Shown one piece after another: positions 1-10,769 of a stretch of DNA of 64,000 nucleotides (the stretch's first letter is position 1; each line of letters starts with the position of its first letter). This DNA is from Bacteroidota bacterium (lineage in GTDB: Bacteria; Bacteroidota; Ignavibacteria; Kapaibacteriales; Kapaibacteriaceae), in contig JBDKEN010000002.1 of assembly GCA_039795225.1 (NCBI GenBank), positions 1,012,880-1,076,879 of the forward strand, written 5' to 3'. A program made the translations under genes and the position numbers. The notes under the pieces were generated by a model. The model ran no database searches, was not told the DNA's origin, and saw only the letters and a program-made list of their open reading frames with translations.

Positions 1-383
1 CAAAGCTGCGTGAGATTGATGATCTGCTCAAGACGACAACGACCATGATCGACGCTGATGATTCGATCTCTATTCAGACCGATCACCGCACGCTACGAAA
101 GCAGCTTGCGCTCCTACTTGAAGGGGAATTGCCATCTGGTGGGCAGTCCAAGCAAGCGGCTTCTACCGATGCGACCTCGGGTGCATATTGGGAATCGCCG
201 GCGGATTCGGATACTGCTGGCGGGTCCACGGATGTTTCCTCCGAAGAGGTTGAAGAGCACGAGGTAATCGAGGTTGAGGATGAGGTTGATATCTCCGCAG
301 CTGCTGATTCGATGGAATCGGAAGGCTCCGATGAAACGATTGACGGCGATGATGAGGCCAACTCCGACGAAGATCCTGCGTGA
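1..383 (+). CDS. hypothetical protein, 5'-truncated at the window edge, with a strongly acidic Asp/Glu/Ser-rich C-terminal tail
   Basis: ORF 45..383 stays open in frame back to nt 3 with no upstream stop, so the gene starts outside the window. Low-complexity acidic tail (EEVEEHEVIEVEDEVD...DEANSDEDPA). No recognisable domain. Confidence 0.4.
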   Translation, partial: KLREIDDLLKTTTTMIDADDSISIQTDHRTLRKQLALLLEGELPSGGQSKQAASTDATSGAYWESPADSDTAGGSTDVSSEEVEEHEVIEVEDEVDISAAADSMESEGSDETIDGDDEANSDEDPA

Positions 384-388
384 CCGGG

Positions 389-1159
389 CTATAGCGTGAT
401 GGTTAGACCATCATAGCAGAACTCGACTCCCTCAGGGAGACGTTCTGCGTCCACTCGATGCCGGATCTGATGGGCAATGTGCGTGAGGTAGGCCTTCTTC
501 GGTCGAAGTTCCTCAATAAGAGCGAGCGACTCCTCAATAGTGAAATGCGTTGGGTGAGGTTCCCAGCGCAATCCATCGATGATAAGGACATCCAAGTCGT
601 AGAGGAGTGATCGGGAGGATGCGGGAACATGATTGGTATCGGTGCAATAGGCAAACGATCCGATACGGTATCCATTTACCCGCATACGAGCTCCATGCTG
701 AAGGGGTATCGGAGTTAACTCAAGATCACCAACCGTAAATGGTGCGTCGTCGATGGTATGGAGCTCCACATTCGGTATTGATGCTCCGGTAGACTCGACG
801 AGTCCAAAGGCGTAGGGGAAGGTCGACTGGAGAACGTTGATAGTCTCCTGCATCGCATAGATCGGAACCGGTCCATTTCGTCGAAACGCATAGGGACGCA
901 AATCGTCGAAGCCCCCTATGTGATCGAAATGATGATGGGTGTAAACTACGGCCTGGAGATCAAGGACATTGTGCCGTAGCATCTGGGTTCGGAAATCAGA
1001 GGATGTATCGATGACAATTCTCGTAGACTCGGATTCCACCATGATCGAGGTTCGAAGTCGACGGTCGAGAGGATCATCGCTTGTGCATGTTGGACATTCG
1101 CACGCAACCGTTGGAACACCTGTCGAGGTGCCACTTCCAAGCACCGTGCAGCGCATCAC
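389..1159 (-). CDS. MBL-fold metallo-hydrolase (PhnP/GPMB-like)
   Basis: 256 aa with the metallo-beta-lactamase motif THHHFDHIGG plus downstream His/Asp ligands. GTG start overlaps the lipA stop by 4 nt (operon). Confidence 0.8.
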   Translation of the reverse strand: MMRCTVLGSGTSTGVPTVACECPTCTSDDPLDRRLRTSIMVESESTRIVIDTSSDFRTQMLRHNVLDLQAVVYTHHHFDHIGGFDDLRPYAFRRNGPVPIYAMQETINVLQSTFPYAFGLVESTGASIPNVELHTIDDAPFTVGDLELTPIPLQHGARMRVNGYRIGSFAYCTDTNHVPASSRSLLYDLDVLIIDGLRWEPHPTHFTIEESLALIEELRPKKAYLTHIAHQIRHRVDAERLPEGVEFCYDGLTITL

Positions 1160-2034
1160 ACGTGCCGCTCTGCATGGTACGAACTACGAACGAGAGGTCC
1201 AGACTCGACGACGTTGAAGCCCATCTTGAGACCTTCAACTTCATAGTGCTTAAACTCATCGGGATGCACGAATCGGTCCACCGGCAAATGGTTCTTGGTT
1301 GGCTGCAGATACTGGCCAAGCGTGAGAACGTCGACCTTCACACTGGCAAGTTCAACCATGGTCTCGAGGATCTCCGTCGGTGTCTCACCGAGGCCAAGCA
1401 TGATGCCCGTCTTGGTTCGCATGCCGCGTGCCTTGGCTTCCTTTAGGACGTCTAATGTCCACTGAAAGCGACCCTGTGGCCGAACGTGCTTGTAGAGACG
1501 GGGCACGGTTTCTGTGTTATGGTTCAGTACGTCTGGTCGTGCTTCGACGATGCGATGAAGATTTTCGAGGTTGCCTTTGAAGTCCGGTATCAGCACTTCT
1601 ATGGTTGTCGATGGTGATGCCTGACGTACCGCACGAATGGTCTCTGCCCAAATGATCGAACCGCCATCTTTCAACTCATCTCGGTTGACCGATGTGATTA
1701 CGGCATGCTTTAGACTCATCGAGGCTACGGCCTCAGCCACTCGCCGAGGTTCGTCGTGATCGACGGGCAAGGGGCGACCGGTTTTCACCGCACAGAAGCC
1801 GCAAGAGCGTGTGCACGTGTCACCATGAATCATAAACGTGGCCGTCCCGGCATTCCAACACTCTGTGATGTTCGGGCAACGCGCTTCCTCGCATACGGTA
1901 TGGAGTGCCTTTGACCGCATCATGGACTTGACGCGTGCATAGTCCTCGCCGCCTGGAGCACGGACCTTGAGCCATTCTGGACGGCGTCCCGAGGGAGTCT
2001 CGTTGATGGTTATGACAGGGAGTTCGAATTGCAT
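1156..2034 (-). CDS. lipA: lipoyl synthase
   Basis: 292 aa. Cys clusters CEEARCPNITEC and CTRSCGFCAV (auxiliary and radical-SAM 4Fe-4S). Collinear with LipA throughout. Confidence 0.9.
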   Translation of the reverse strand: MQFELPVITINETPSGRRPEWLKVRAPGGEDYARVKSMMRSKALHTVCEEARCPNITECWNAGTATFMIHGDTCTRSCGFCAVKTGRPLPVDHDEPRRVAEAVASMSLKHAVITSVNRDELKDGGSIIWAETIRAVRQASPSTTIEVLIPDFKGNLENLHRIVEARPDVLNHNTETVPRLYKHVRPQGRFQWTLDVLKEAKARGMRTKTGIMLGLGETPTEILETMVELASVKVDVLTLGQYLQPTKNHLPVDRFVHPDEFKHYEVEGLKMGFNVVESGPLVRSSYHAERHV

Positions 2035-2057
2035 GGTGATGATCTGCTGATACGTTG

Positions 2058-2555
2058 TTATTGAGGAGATAAGCCGGGTAGAATGCGTTTGACGATTGGA
2101 CGAATCGACTCGAGAAACGTTGTCGGCGTCTTGTAGATATCCTTGGCCTGATTGGTTCCATCGGCCATCATGGATTCCATATCGTAGACGTAGCAGTTAA
2201 TCAGCACCCGTTCACCACGCATCTGGAAGTTGCCTTGAACAGCTTTTTGCGCTCCAAGGTTTCGCACGGCCTTCCACATGTCGGATTCATACTGCGGATT
2301 ATTTGGGTCAAGATTCAGGTCGGCCAGCGCGATATCGATGCTGTCACCCGGAACCACAGTAAAGGAGGCCCCTTGAGGATCTGCTTCTTGCAGAGCAGAG
2401 CGCAGTGAATCAGCGAACTGGTAATTCCAGGGGTTGTATTTGATGTCGTGCGTCATGTTCCGAAATGGAAGCACCACAACACGCATCTGCGCCGATAGGG
2501 AGTGCGCCCCGGCACAAATCGTCATCAACATCAGCATTCGAAGAATGACAGGCAT
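2058..2555 (-). CDS. small exported protein of unknown function (VLPFxN motif; TolB-N/LpoB/CsgG-like fold suspected)
   Basis: 165 aa with an N-terminal signal peptide (MLMLMTICAGAHSLSA). Motif VVVLPFRN resembles the (V/L)AVLPFxN signature of TolB_N-like/LpoB/CsgG-fold periplasmic proteins. Lies between rnpB and lipA on the same strand. Confidence 0.55.
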   Translation of the reverse strand: MPVILRMLMLMTICAGAHSLSAQMRVVVLPFRNMTHDIKYNPWNYQFADSLRSALQEADPQGASFTVVPGDSIDIALADLNLDPNNPQYESDMWKAVRNLGAQKAVQGNFQMRGERVLINCYVYDMESMMADGTNQAKDIYKTPTTFLESIRPIVKRILPGLSPQ

Positions 2556-2614
2556 GGTATCTCCTAAACTTTAGCGCTCGTGGATGAGTGCAAAACTAGG
2601 GACCTATTGATAAT

Positions 2615-3060
2615 CGTAGCACGGAGATCCCTGTAAGCCGAATTCTGTCTTCCCCGGTTAAACGGGGGAGGCAACCATTTATCTGGGATCGATGTCGCCA
2701 TCGACCTCGTGCGATCTACCCGAACGTTGTCGTGCCCCTTGCGGGGAACGGGGACGACGAACAGCCATCCGACGCCGAAACGTCCAACGTTCTGCTTGAT
2801 CTTGCTCCGTGCGGGGTTTACCGAGCCAAACAGTCGCCTGTTTGCTGGTGGGCTCTTACCCCACCATTTCACCCTTACCTGTGCTCTGATGAGCCATCGG
2901 CGGTGTCTTTCTGTTGCACTTTCCGTTGCCTTGCCCTGCGACTCTTTCGAGCCGCAGGACTTAACACCTTCCCGTTAGGAAGCGCACTGTTCTGCGGAGT
3001 TCGGACTTTCCTCTGCTGGACAACACATGATTGTGCAACAGCGGTTGCCCGGGATCCCCG
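2615..3060 (-). ncRNA. rnpB: RNase P RNA, bacterial type A
   Basis: Reverse complement carries the universally conserved blocks AGGAAAGUCCGaaCUCC (P4 5' strand), ACAGAAAGAcACCGCCGAUGGCuCAuCAGAGCACAGGUAAGGGUGAAAuGGUGgGGUAAGAGCcCACCAGC (P10/11/12), GGUAAACCCCGCACGGAGCAAG and ACAGAAuuCGGCUUA (P4 3' strand). The P1 helix forms between GGGGAUCCC (5' end) and GGGAUCUCC (3' end). Boundaries are about +/-5 nt. The three overlapping six-frame ORFs are spurious. Confidence 0.85.
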
Positions 3061-3075
3061 ACTACGATGTTGTAA

Positions 3076-3819
3076 TTACTTCGCTGATTCCAAAAGCTCT
3101 TCAATGTCGACCGCCACGTCCTCTGTGAAGAGAATACGTCCACAGCTCTCGCAGGTGTAAAGACGATCGCGCTGATACTTCATCTCCATGATCCGCTGCG
3201 AAGGGATCGCCGAGTAGCAACCGCTGCAGGAATTCTTCCGAAGTGCAACGGCTGCTTCGTTATGGAACGTACGGATTCGCTCGTACTCTGCTTCGAGGGC
3301 GTCATCGAGCTTGGCAATGATCTGTAGACGAAGGGCGATGAACTTGCGAAGATCTTCGTTCTGATCGCCAGAGAGCACCTCAAGAGCCTTCTCCTTTTCA
3401 ACCATCTTTTCCCGAGCTTCATTGAGCTCAGACTGCTGTTGAGCAAGGGTGGTATTCAGATTTTCTTCTGTGACACCAGCCGTTCGGAGACGTTCTTCGA
3501 GGTTGGCACGCTCGAGCTTAAGGTGATCTATCTCTTTCGTGATTGCATCAAACTCACGGTTGTTCTTCACTTGGAACTGCTGCTGAGCAAGTCGCTGCTC
3601 CTTGTCTTGGCTTTCCTGCATCGTAATGTGAGCAGTGCCCCGGAGCTGATTCAGTTCGGCAATTGCCGCCAACGTCGCATCAACATTTTCTTGCTTGGCA
3701 CGAACTACCTTCTCGATCTTTTTGACCTCCACTGGGAGATCACCAAGTTCTTCGTGCAGCTCATCGAGTTCAGCGTCAACTGCGGCCAGTTGGGCAAGAA
3801 GTTGGAGTTGTTGTTCCAT
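3076..3819 (-). CDS. zinc-ribbon / coiled-coil protein (COG1579 family, Nif3-associated)
   Basis: Long heptad coiled coil followed by a C-terminal CxxC...CxxC zinc ribbon (CSGCYSAIPSQ...CESCGRILF). Start moved to the internal Met (MEQQLQLL) because the listed start at 3933 would overlap the upstream Nif3 gene by 94 nt. The Nif3-COG1579 pairing is a widely conserved gene pair. Confidence 0.75.
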   Translation of the reverse strand: MEQQLQLLAQLAAVDAELDELHEELGDLPVEVKKIEKVVRAKQENVDATLAAIAELNQLRGTAHITMQESQDKEQRLAQQQFQVKNNREFDAITKEIDHLKLERANLEERLRTAGVTEENLNTTLAQQQSELNEAREKMVEKEKALEVLSGDQNEDLRKFIALRLQIIAKLDDALEAEYERIRTFHNEAAVALRKNSCSGCYSAIPSQRIMEMKYQRDRLYTCESCGRILFTEDVAVDIEELLESAK

Positions 3820-3839
3820 GCGTGCTCCTTGAGAAGGGG

Positions 3840-4667
3840 TTACGAGATTCCAGAATGTTCTACTTGAACGATATCGATCGATTGTATACAGCTGATGGGG
3901 TTCGGGTTCACCCGACTTACGTGAATGTTGCAATCGGTCAGGTGTTGGCGCAGTTCAGCAGCCATTCCGTGCCCAACAAACTGCTCCATTTCGTAGTGTC
4001 CAACGTCGATGAGGCCGATGACATTGCGTGCCGCGTGAAAAGCATGATACGTGATGTCAGCTGTGATGAATACCTCAGCACGACTCACAACGCTGGAATA
4101 GAATGACATTCCACTACCGGCCACAATGGCAACAGACGTTACGCGCGAAACAGGTGACGGCACATATCGCAGGGGTCCACCGCAGACCTTGCGAAGACGC
4201 TGAAGTAACTCTGAGAACTCCATATCACAGTTGGTGAGAAGCCCCATGCCAACTTCTCCACCGCCCTCGAGTTGTACGTGCGGGTTGGGCGAAATCGTTG
4301 CCAGCGGTGTAAGCCCGAGTTTCTCGGCCAGGATGCGGTTGGTGCCGCGCGGGTGGGCATCAAAGGCCGTGTGTACGCAGTAGACACCAATGCCAGAGCG
4401 GATACAGCGGGCGACGAGGGCGCCCACACGATCATTCTCATCGATTCGTTTTAGTGGTGTGTAAATCAGCGGATGAAAGGCCACGATAACGTCAATTCCG
4501 AGCTGTTCCGCCTCCAGTACAACCTCGTCGGTGACCTCCATACAGCACAGAACGTTCCGCACAACGCTAGCGGCGCTTCGAATTTGAAGACCAACGTTGT
4601 CACCTTCCATGGCACTTTCTAATGGAAAGCAGCGTTGAAGGATGTTCTGGAACTCGCGTAGCGTCAT
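3840..4667 (-). CDS. Nif3-family dinuclear metal-centre protein (YqfO/YbgI-like)
   Basis: 275 aa with characteristic Nif3 N- and C-terminal halves (VAFHPLIY, GHYEMEQ, His-rich metal ligands). Confidence 0.85.
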   Translation of the reverse strand: MTLREFQNILQRCFPLESAMEGDNVGLQIRSAASVVRNVLCCMEVTDEVVLEAEQLGIDVIVAFHPLIYTPLKRIDENDRVGALVARCIRSGIGVYCVHTAFDAHPRGTNRILAEKLGLTPLATISPNPHVQLEGGGEVGMGLLTNCDMEFSELLQRLRKVCGGPLRYVPSPVSRVTSVAIVAGSGMSFYSSVVSRAEVFITADITYHAFHAARNVIGLIDVGHYEMEQFVGHGMAAELRQHLTDCNIHVSRVNPNPISCIQSIDIVQVEHSGIS

Positions 4668-4758
4668 TAACGGCTAAACTACGGAAAATGAAAGGATTAG
4701 CAATGTTATCCACATCGATCTCTGACGTACATTTGCGCAGAGCTGACTCAACGCTGGT

Positions 4759-5517
4759 ATGAACATTCGCTTTACCGATCTTCGATCCGTCGTCCTCTTC
4801 CTGGCTATCATGCTCGGTGCTCCTGGCGTGCAGGCCCAAGTTCCTGGTGGTGACCTTCCACCGACGGATACGACGATCCTTTTCCGGCCGGTACGACCGC
4901 TCCTCGAGGATGTAACCAATCAAGCTGTTGCCTATCATCAGGCCGGAATGTCACTCTTGCTTTCATCCAGTGGATGGGCTGTTGGAGGGTACTACGCAAC
5001 AGAGATTGGTACGGGGCTAACGCTGGGGTTTGACATGTTCATCTCGGGTAAGCGCAACACCGACGAGTTTGACAACGCCCTGTATAATGGTCTCATTCCC
5101 GTCGTCGCAGACAAGGTCAATCGTTTGTTTGTTATGCCACTTACGATTTCACTGCAGTACAGACTGTTTCGTGAGACGCTTCAGGAGACATTTCGGCCGT
5201 TTCTGACATTCGGTGCGGTTGCTGGAACGATCCTCAAGACTCCATACCTCCGGATTGAGAACATTGATTATTACGAGACGCTGCGGTACTACGAGTTTTT
5301 TGAATCCTTCGGCCACGCCACAACGTACCTGAGGCCCGGAGCCATGATCGGACTCGGAGCTGTATTTGGCCCCGTAGGAAAGGGAAGTCAGGTCGGGGTA
5401 AGCATCAGATACTTTACGATCCCATTTGGCGGGAAGGGGCTTGAGAGCATTCTCGATAAACCCATCACGGATTTTGGTGGCCTCGTGATCGGACTCGCAA
5501 TTGGCACAGCATGGTAG
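4759..5517 (+). CDS. outer-membrane beta-barrel protein (OMP_b-brl / PorT-like)
   Basis: 252 aa. Signal peptide ending AQ-VPG. Alternating hydrophobic beta-strand pattern. C-terminal aromatic residue (GTAW) typical of OM beta-barrels. Size and composition resemble the PorT/OmpW-like family seen in T9SS-bearing lineages. Confidence 0.6.
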   Translation: MNIRFTDLRSVVLFLAIMLGAPGVQAQVPGGDLPPTDTTILFRPVRPLLEDVTNQAVAYHQAGMSLLLSSSGWAVGGYYATEIGTGLTLGFDMFISGKRNTDEFDNALYNGLIPVVADKVNRLFVMPLTISLQYRLFRETLQETFRPFLTFGAVAGTILKTPYLRIENIDYYETLRYYEFFESFGHATTYLRPGAMIGLGAVFGPVGKGSQVGVSIRYFTIPFGGKGLESILDKPITDFGGLVIGLAIGTAW

Positions 5518-6266
5518 AGGAACCACTTGCCGATATGCCCGATGATGGAAGTGCCAATGCTCGTCCTGAGCATCCATGGTTCGATGGACGTCAATGGTTG
5601 TTTCGGCCGATTGGCACCGTGCATACAACACTCCGTAAGACCTACGAGGCAGCCCGTCAGGCGGGCTGGGATCAGACGAAATCACCCGCAGTGATTAAGC
5701 TTCGCGCTGGTGAGAATTTTGAGCAGGCGCTGCAAGATCTCGAAGGCTGTGATCGGATCTGGCTCATAACGGTGTTTGATCGTGTCGGTACCTGGAAGCC
5801 CCGTGTCTTGCCTCCTCGGGGTCGATCAAAGCGCGGTGTCTTTGCCACGCGGTCACCACACCGGCCAAACCCCATTGGACTCACATGTGTGCGACTTTTG
5901 GGAATCGAGGGTCGTCGGTTGTTTGTCGAGGATATCGATATGCTCGATGGTACCCCCGTCCTCGACATCAAGCCGTACCTTGCCTACGCTGATGCCTTCC
6001 CAGACAGCACCCTACCGTGGGTGGACGGCCACGAGCACGTGGTGTATAATGTCCAATGGTCCATTGATGCACCATCGATACCCGACGATGTGCGAACCTA
6101 TGCTGAGAGAGTTCTCTCAAGTGATCCCTTCCCGCATCCGTATCGGCGTATACGACGTGGTACTGATGGGTCCTATGTGCTGAGTATCCGACGGTCTCGC
6201 ATTCAATACCGGATTCATGACACCACGGTTACGATCGTTGACTACACCGTAGATTTGCAGCAATGA
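5511..6266 (+). CDS. trmO: tRNA (N6-threonylcarbamoyladenosine37-N6)-methyltransferase TrmO (TsaA/YaeB family)
   Basis: 251 aa with the TsaA core ([47 protein letters not shown]) plus a C-terminal domain. Stop overlaps the metH start (ATGA). Confidence 0.8.
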   Translation: MVEEPLADMPDDGSANARPEHPWFDGRQWLFRPIGTVHTTLRKTYEAARQAGWDQTKSPAVIKLRAGENFEQALQDLEGCDRIWLITVFDRVGTWKPRVLPPRGRSKRGVFATRSPHRPNPIGLTCVRLLGIEGRRLFVEDIDMLDGTPVLDIKPYLAYADAFPDSTLPWVDGHEHVVYNVQWSIDAPSIPDDVRTYAERVLSSDPFPHPYRRIRRGTDGSYVLSIRRSRIQYRIHDTTVTIVDYTVDLQQ

Positions 6267-9200
6267 ACGACATACGCACGCTTCTTCAGAAGCGGATCTT
6301 GATGCTTGATGGCGCGATGGGTACAATGATCCAGCGCCTGCGGCTCACCGAAGAAGACTATCGAGGGAAGCGCTTTGCAGATCACGAGTCTGCGCTGCAT
6401 GGAAACAATGATCTTCTGGTTCTGACGCAACCTGAAGCAATACAGCGCATCCATACGGAGTATCTCCGTGCGGGAGCTGATATCATTGAGACGAATACCT
6501 TCTCGTCCACCCCGCTTGGGCAGGCCGAGTACGGTCTTGCCCACCTTGCACGGGAGATCAGTCGTGAAGGGGCTCGTCTTGCAAAGCAAGCTGCCCTTGA
6601 AGTTTCACGGCAGACGCCGGATCGTCCGCGGTTTGTGGCTGGTTCAATCGGACCAACAACCAAGATGCTGTCGATGTCGCCAGATGTCAACGACCCGGGT
6701 GCACGTGCAGTGTCGTTTGATCAGATGCGAACTTCGTTTCGCGAACAAATCCTTGGTCTCGTCGAAGGGGGAGTGGATCTTCTCCTGATCGAGACGATTA
6801 CCGATACGCTCAACGCAAAGGCTGCCCTAAAGGCGTGGGCTGAAATCGTTGACGAACTCGGGATCCAATTGCCGGTGATGATCAGCGGTACGATTACTGA
6901 TATGTCTGGTCGCACGCTCTCGGGACAGACTCCAGCGGCATTCTGGACATCAATCGCCCATTGTCGCAACTTGCTCTCAGTTGGACTCAATTGTGCTCTT
7001 GGATCTGCGATGATGCGCCCCTTTATTGAGGAGCTCTCAACCGTTTCATCTGCCTACGTTTCATTGTATCCCAATGCTGGGTTGCCGAATGCCATGGGTG
7101 GGTATGACGAGAGTCCATCCTACATGGCGGATCAGGCACGTGAGTATGCTGAAGCTGGATTCCTGAATATCCTCGGAGGCTGCTGCGGAACAACGCCGGA
7201 ACATATCCAAGCGATGGCAGAAGCTGTGCGCGAGCTGGCACCGCGTACGTTGCCCACCGCGTCACCATACATGCGGCTAAGCGGACTTGAGATGGTCGAA
7301 CTTCGGCCCGAGACCAACTTCGTCAACGTGGGTGAGAGGACGAATGTTTCCGGATCACGAGCCTTTGCAAAGATGATTCTCGCCGCTGATTATGAGCGAG
7401 CACTCGACGTTGCCCGTCAACAAGTGGAGAACGGGGCGCAGATCATTGATGTCAACATGGACGAAGGAATGTTGGATTCCGAGTCGGCCATGACAACATT
7501 TCTCAACCTTGTAGCGTCAGAGCCGGACATTTCTCGCGTTCCGGTCATGATCGATTCGTCAAAATGGTCGGTGCTTGAGGCCGGTCTCAAATGCATCCAG
7601 GGTAAGGGGATCGTGAATTCCATTTCCCTCAAGGACGGAGAAGAAGAGTTTATCCGGCGCGCCCGGCTATGCAGAGACTACGGCGCGGCGGTAATTGTGA
7701 TGGCATTTGACGAAGTAGGTCAGGCCGATTCGTATCAGCGGCGCATCGACGTGTGCGCAAGGGCGTACGACATTCTGATTAATCGCGTCAATTTCCCAGC
7801 TCAGGATGTCATCTTTGATCCGAACATCCTCACAGTCGCAACAGGGATTGAAGAGCACAATAATTATGCTGTGGATTTTATCGAGGCCACAGCCTGGATC
7901 AGGAAGAATCTCCCTCACGCGAAGGTCAGTGGTGGTGTGAGTAATATTTCCTTCTCGTTTCGCGGAAACGAGCCGGTGCGAAGGGCCATGCATACGGCGT
8001 TCCTGTATCATGCCATCCGTGCTGGACTCGATATGGGTATCGTCAATGCTGGCCAGATCGACGTCTACGATGAGATCCCAAAGGATCTCCTCGAGCACGT
8101 CGAGGATGTGCTTCTCAATCGGCGAAGCGACGCAACTGAGCGAATGTTGACGTTTGCGGCGACAGTGACGGAACAGCGTGATGGTGAGCAATCGGTTGAC
8201 GCATGGCGTGAACAATCTGTTGCTGAACGTCTCAAGCATGCGCTTGTAAAGGGGCTCACAGAGTTTATTGATGTTGATGTTGAAGAGGCCCGACATACAT
8301 ACCCCTCGCCCCTTGCCATCATTGAGGGGCCGCTGATGGATGGTATGAATTACGTCGGTGATCTATTCGGTGCCGGAAAGATGTTCCTTCCGCAGGTTGT
8401 CAAGAGTGCACGCGTAATGAAGAAGGCGGTTGCAATATTGACGCCGTACATGGAAGAAGAGAAGCGACGCCTCGGCACAACACAGAGTCATGCCGGCGTG
8501 GTTCTCTTAGCTACGGTAAAGGGAGACGTTCACGACATTGGCAAGAACATTGTATCGGTTGTCCTTGGGTGTAATAACTATCGGGTTGTCGACCTCGGTG
8601 TCATGGTACCGGCCGACAAGATTATCGATGCTGCCATTGAGCACGAAGCCGACGTTGTCGGTCTATCCGGTTTGATCACTCCGTCGCTGGATGAGATGGT
8701 GCATGTTGCCAAGGAACTCTCTCGTCGAGGCGTAAAAAAGCCACTTCTCATTGGTGGAGCGACGACATCGCGCACACACACGGCCGTTAAAATTGTTCCT
8801 GTTGCGGACTTCCCAGTTGTTCACGTTCTTGATGCGTCGAAAGCGGTACCGGTTGTGGGGTCCCTCCTATCATCCGAGGGAAGCGAGTCGTTCACCACTG
8901 CAATCAGAGCAGAGTATGAGCGCGTCCGTACCGAATACGCAAGGCGATCGGATGCGAAAGACTATGTTTCCCTCGATTCAGCGCGTGCCAACGCGCTGAA
9001 TGTCGATCCAGCGCGTATTGCGCCGAAACCGCTGAAGCCCGGCGTGCATGTTTTTGACGATATCGACCTTGCAATGCTCCGCAGATACATCGACTGGACG
9101 CCGTTCTTCCTCTCGTGGGAGCTTCGAGGCCGGTATCCGGCAATCTTTGACGATCCCGTTGTGGGTCAGCAAGCTCGAACACTCTTTAGTGATGCGGAAG

Positions 9201-9931
9201 CACTGCTGGAGAAGGTGATTGCGACGAAGGCATTTCGTGCTCGCGCTGTGTGTGGAATCTTCTCTGTTCGTCGCACGACCGATGATGACGTTGAAGTTGA
9301 TGAGAACACGACGCTGCACTTCCTTCGACAGCAGAGTAAACGGGCCGAAGGCTTAAAGCATCTGTCCTTGGCTGATTTCATTGTCCGAGAAGATCGCCTC
9401 GGAGCTGGTCAAACTGACCACATGGGTGCTTTTGCGGTGTCGATTGGCGACGGAGTAGACGAGTTGGCCAGCCAGTTTGCGTCAGAGCTTGATGATTACT
9501 CGGCGATCCTTGTCAAAGCTCTAGCGGACAGACTCGCCGAAGCATGTGCTGAGTGGCTTCACGAGCACGTTCGCACCGAATTGTGGGGCTATGAACCACC
9601 AGTAGCAACAACAGTTTCACAGTTGCTCGATGAGCAGTACCAGGGGATTCGCCCAGCACCGGGCTATCCAGCCTGCCCAGACCACACGGAAAAAACAACA
9701 CTCTTTCGACTCCTGGATGCGCAGAATGCCATTGGCATCTCATTGACGGAGAGCATGGCCATGGTACCCGCTTCGAGCGTCAGTGGTTGGTACTTCGGTC
9801 ATCCAGAGGCAACATACTTCGCAGTGAATGGCATCCTAAATGATCAAGTTGTTGACTATGCCACGCGAAAGGGACTCGACGAAGATACTGTCCGCCGTTG
9901 GCTGGCGCCGAATATCATTGAGGGTCGGTAA
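6263..9931 (+). CDS. metH: cobalamin-dependent methionine synthase
   Basis: 1222 aa with all four modules in order: Hcy S-methyltransferase, pterin-binding, B12-binding ([11 protein letters not shown]) and AdoMet-activation domain. Confidence 0.95.
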   Translation: MNDIRTLLQKRILMLDGAMGTMIQRLRLTEEDYRGKRFADHESALHGNNDLLVLTQPEAIQRIHTEYLRAGADIIETNTFSSTPLGQAEYGLAHLAREISREGARLAKQAALEVSRQTPDRPRFVAGSIGPTTKMLSMSPDVNDPGARAVSFDQMRTSFREQILGLVEGGVDLLLIETITDTLNAKAALKAWAEIVDELGIQLPVMISGTITDMSGRTLSGQTPAAFWTSIAHCRNLLSVGLNCALGSAMMRPFIEELSTVSSAYVSLYPNAGLPNAMGGYDESPSYMADQAREYAEAGFLNILGGCCGTTPEHIQAMAEAVRELAPRTLPTASPYMRLSGLEMVELRPETNFVNVGERTNVSGSRAFAKMILAADYERALDVARQQVENGAQIIDVNMDEGMLDSESAMTTFLNLVASEPDISRVPVMIDSSKWSVLEAGLKCIQGKGIVNSISLKDGEEEFIRRARLCRDYGAAVIVMAFDEVGQADSYQRRIDVCARAYDILINRVNFPAQDVIFDPNILTVATGIEEHNNYAVDFIEATAWIRKNLPHAKVSGGVSNISFSFRGNEPVRRAMHTAFLYHAIRAGLDMGIVNAGQIDVYDEIPKDLLEHVEDVLLNRRSDATERMLTFAATVTEQRDGEQSVDAWREQSVAERLKHALVKGLTEFIDVDVEEARHTYPSPLAIIEGPLMDGMNYVGDLFGAGKMFLPQVVKSARVMKKAVAILTPYMEEEKRRLGTTQSHAGVVLLATVKGDVHDIGKNIVSVVLGCNNYRVVDLGVMVPADKIIDAAIEHEADVVGLSGLITPSLDEMVHVAKELSRRGVKKPLLIGGATTSRTHTAVKIVPVADFPVVHVLDASKAVPVVGSLLSSEGSESFTTAIRAEYERVRTEYARRSDAKDYVSLDSARANALNVDPARIAPKPLKPGVHVFDDIDLAMLRRYIDWTPFFLSWELRGRYPAIFDDPVVGQQARTLFSDAEALLEKVIATKAFRARAVCGIFSVRRTTDDDVEVDENTTLHFLRQQSKRAEGLKHLSLADFIVREDRLGAGQTDHMGAFAVSIGDGVDELASQFASELDDYSAILVKALADRLAEACAEWLHEHVRTELWGYEPPVATTVSQLLDEQYQGIRPAPGYPACPDHTEKTTLFRLLDAQNAIGISLTESMAMVPASSVSGWYFGHPEATYFAVNGILNDQVVDYATRKGLDEDTVRRWLAPNIIEGR

Positions 9932-10516
9932 GTGAACGCTGAGCATGATCGCATAGGAGTCGGCATTCTTGGTAGTGGCGCAGGCAGTAATGCTCGTGCA
10001 ATTATTCAGCGCAGCCGAGAAACAAGTGCCTCATACACAGTACTGGCGGTGTATTCGACAAAAGCTGAGGCGGGTATTCTCGACGTTGCTCGATCGATGG
10101 GAGTGGACGCTGTCGCACTGCCAAATGAGGATTGGGAGCGCGCACTGTCGAGTGATGTGACGCATCGGGGGATTCGTGTGCTTGCACTGGCCGGCTTTAT
10201 GCGCAAGCTACCCGATTCAATTATCCGACAGCTATCAGGCCACGTCGTCAACATCCATCCATCGTTGCTTCCCAGCTATGGGGGACAAGGCATGTACGGC
10301 ATTCATGTGCATCGAGCCGTCATTGCCGCGGGCGAGGCTCGTAGCGGTGCGACGGTTCACCGTGTAACCACCGGCTACGACGAAGGGGCGATCATCGAAC
10401 AGTCCTCGCTACGTATTTTAACGGACGAAACGCCTGAATCGTTGCAGGAACGTGTGAAGCTGGTAGAACACAGCCTCTATCCGGTCGCAATAGATACGTA
10501 TTGCCGGACTTTGTGA
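9932..10516 (+). CDS. purN: phosphoribosylglycinamide formyltransferase
   Basis: 194 aa with the formyl-transferase motif (HVVNIHPSLLPSYGGQGMYG, HRVTTGYDEGAII). Abuts the metH stop. Confidence 0.85.
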   Translation: MNAEHDRIGVGILGSGAGSNARAIIQRSRETSASYTVLAVYSTKAEAGILDVARSMGVDAVALPNEDWERALSSDVTHRGIRVLALAGFMRKLPDSIIRQLSGHVVNIHPSLLPSYGGQGMYGIHVHRAVIAAGEARSGATVHRVTTGYDEGAIIEQSSLRILTDETPESLQERVKLVEHSLYPVAIDTYCRTL

Positions 10517-10769
10517 CGTCAAAAGCGGCTGGGGAAGCCTAGTAGACTGGGATTCCTAGAAAATTCTCCCCACGTCCGACTGTGAAGAAAAAATGTTTGA
10601 CTTATTCCGTCAAAATCAGAATATTGGAGGACGCTGAATGGGGCGGAGTGTATAGTTACACATGTAACGTTGCGCTCGAGCGATTGTTGTTATCCCATTG
10701 CGTATCGCAAAACGAATAACGAATGAAAACCAAAAACACATACTTCATCACAGTTTCATTGAGGTTTGC

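Noticed and set aside
2564-3160. Three six-frame ORFs (2564..2872 -, 2709..2978 +, 2732..3160 +) that might be read as small proteins
   Set aside because: They lie entirely within the RNase P RNA gene, whose conserved sequence blocks are unmistakable. They have no plausible start context or domain content.
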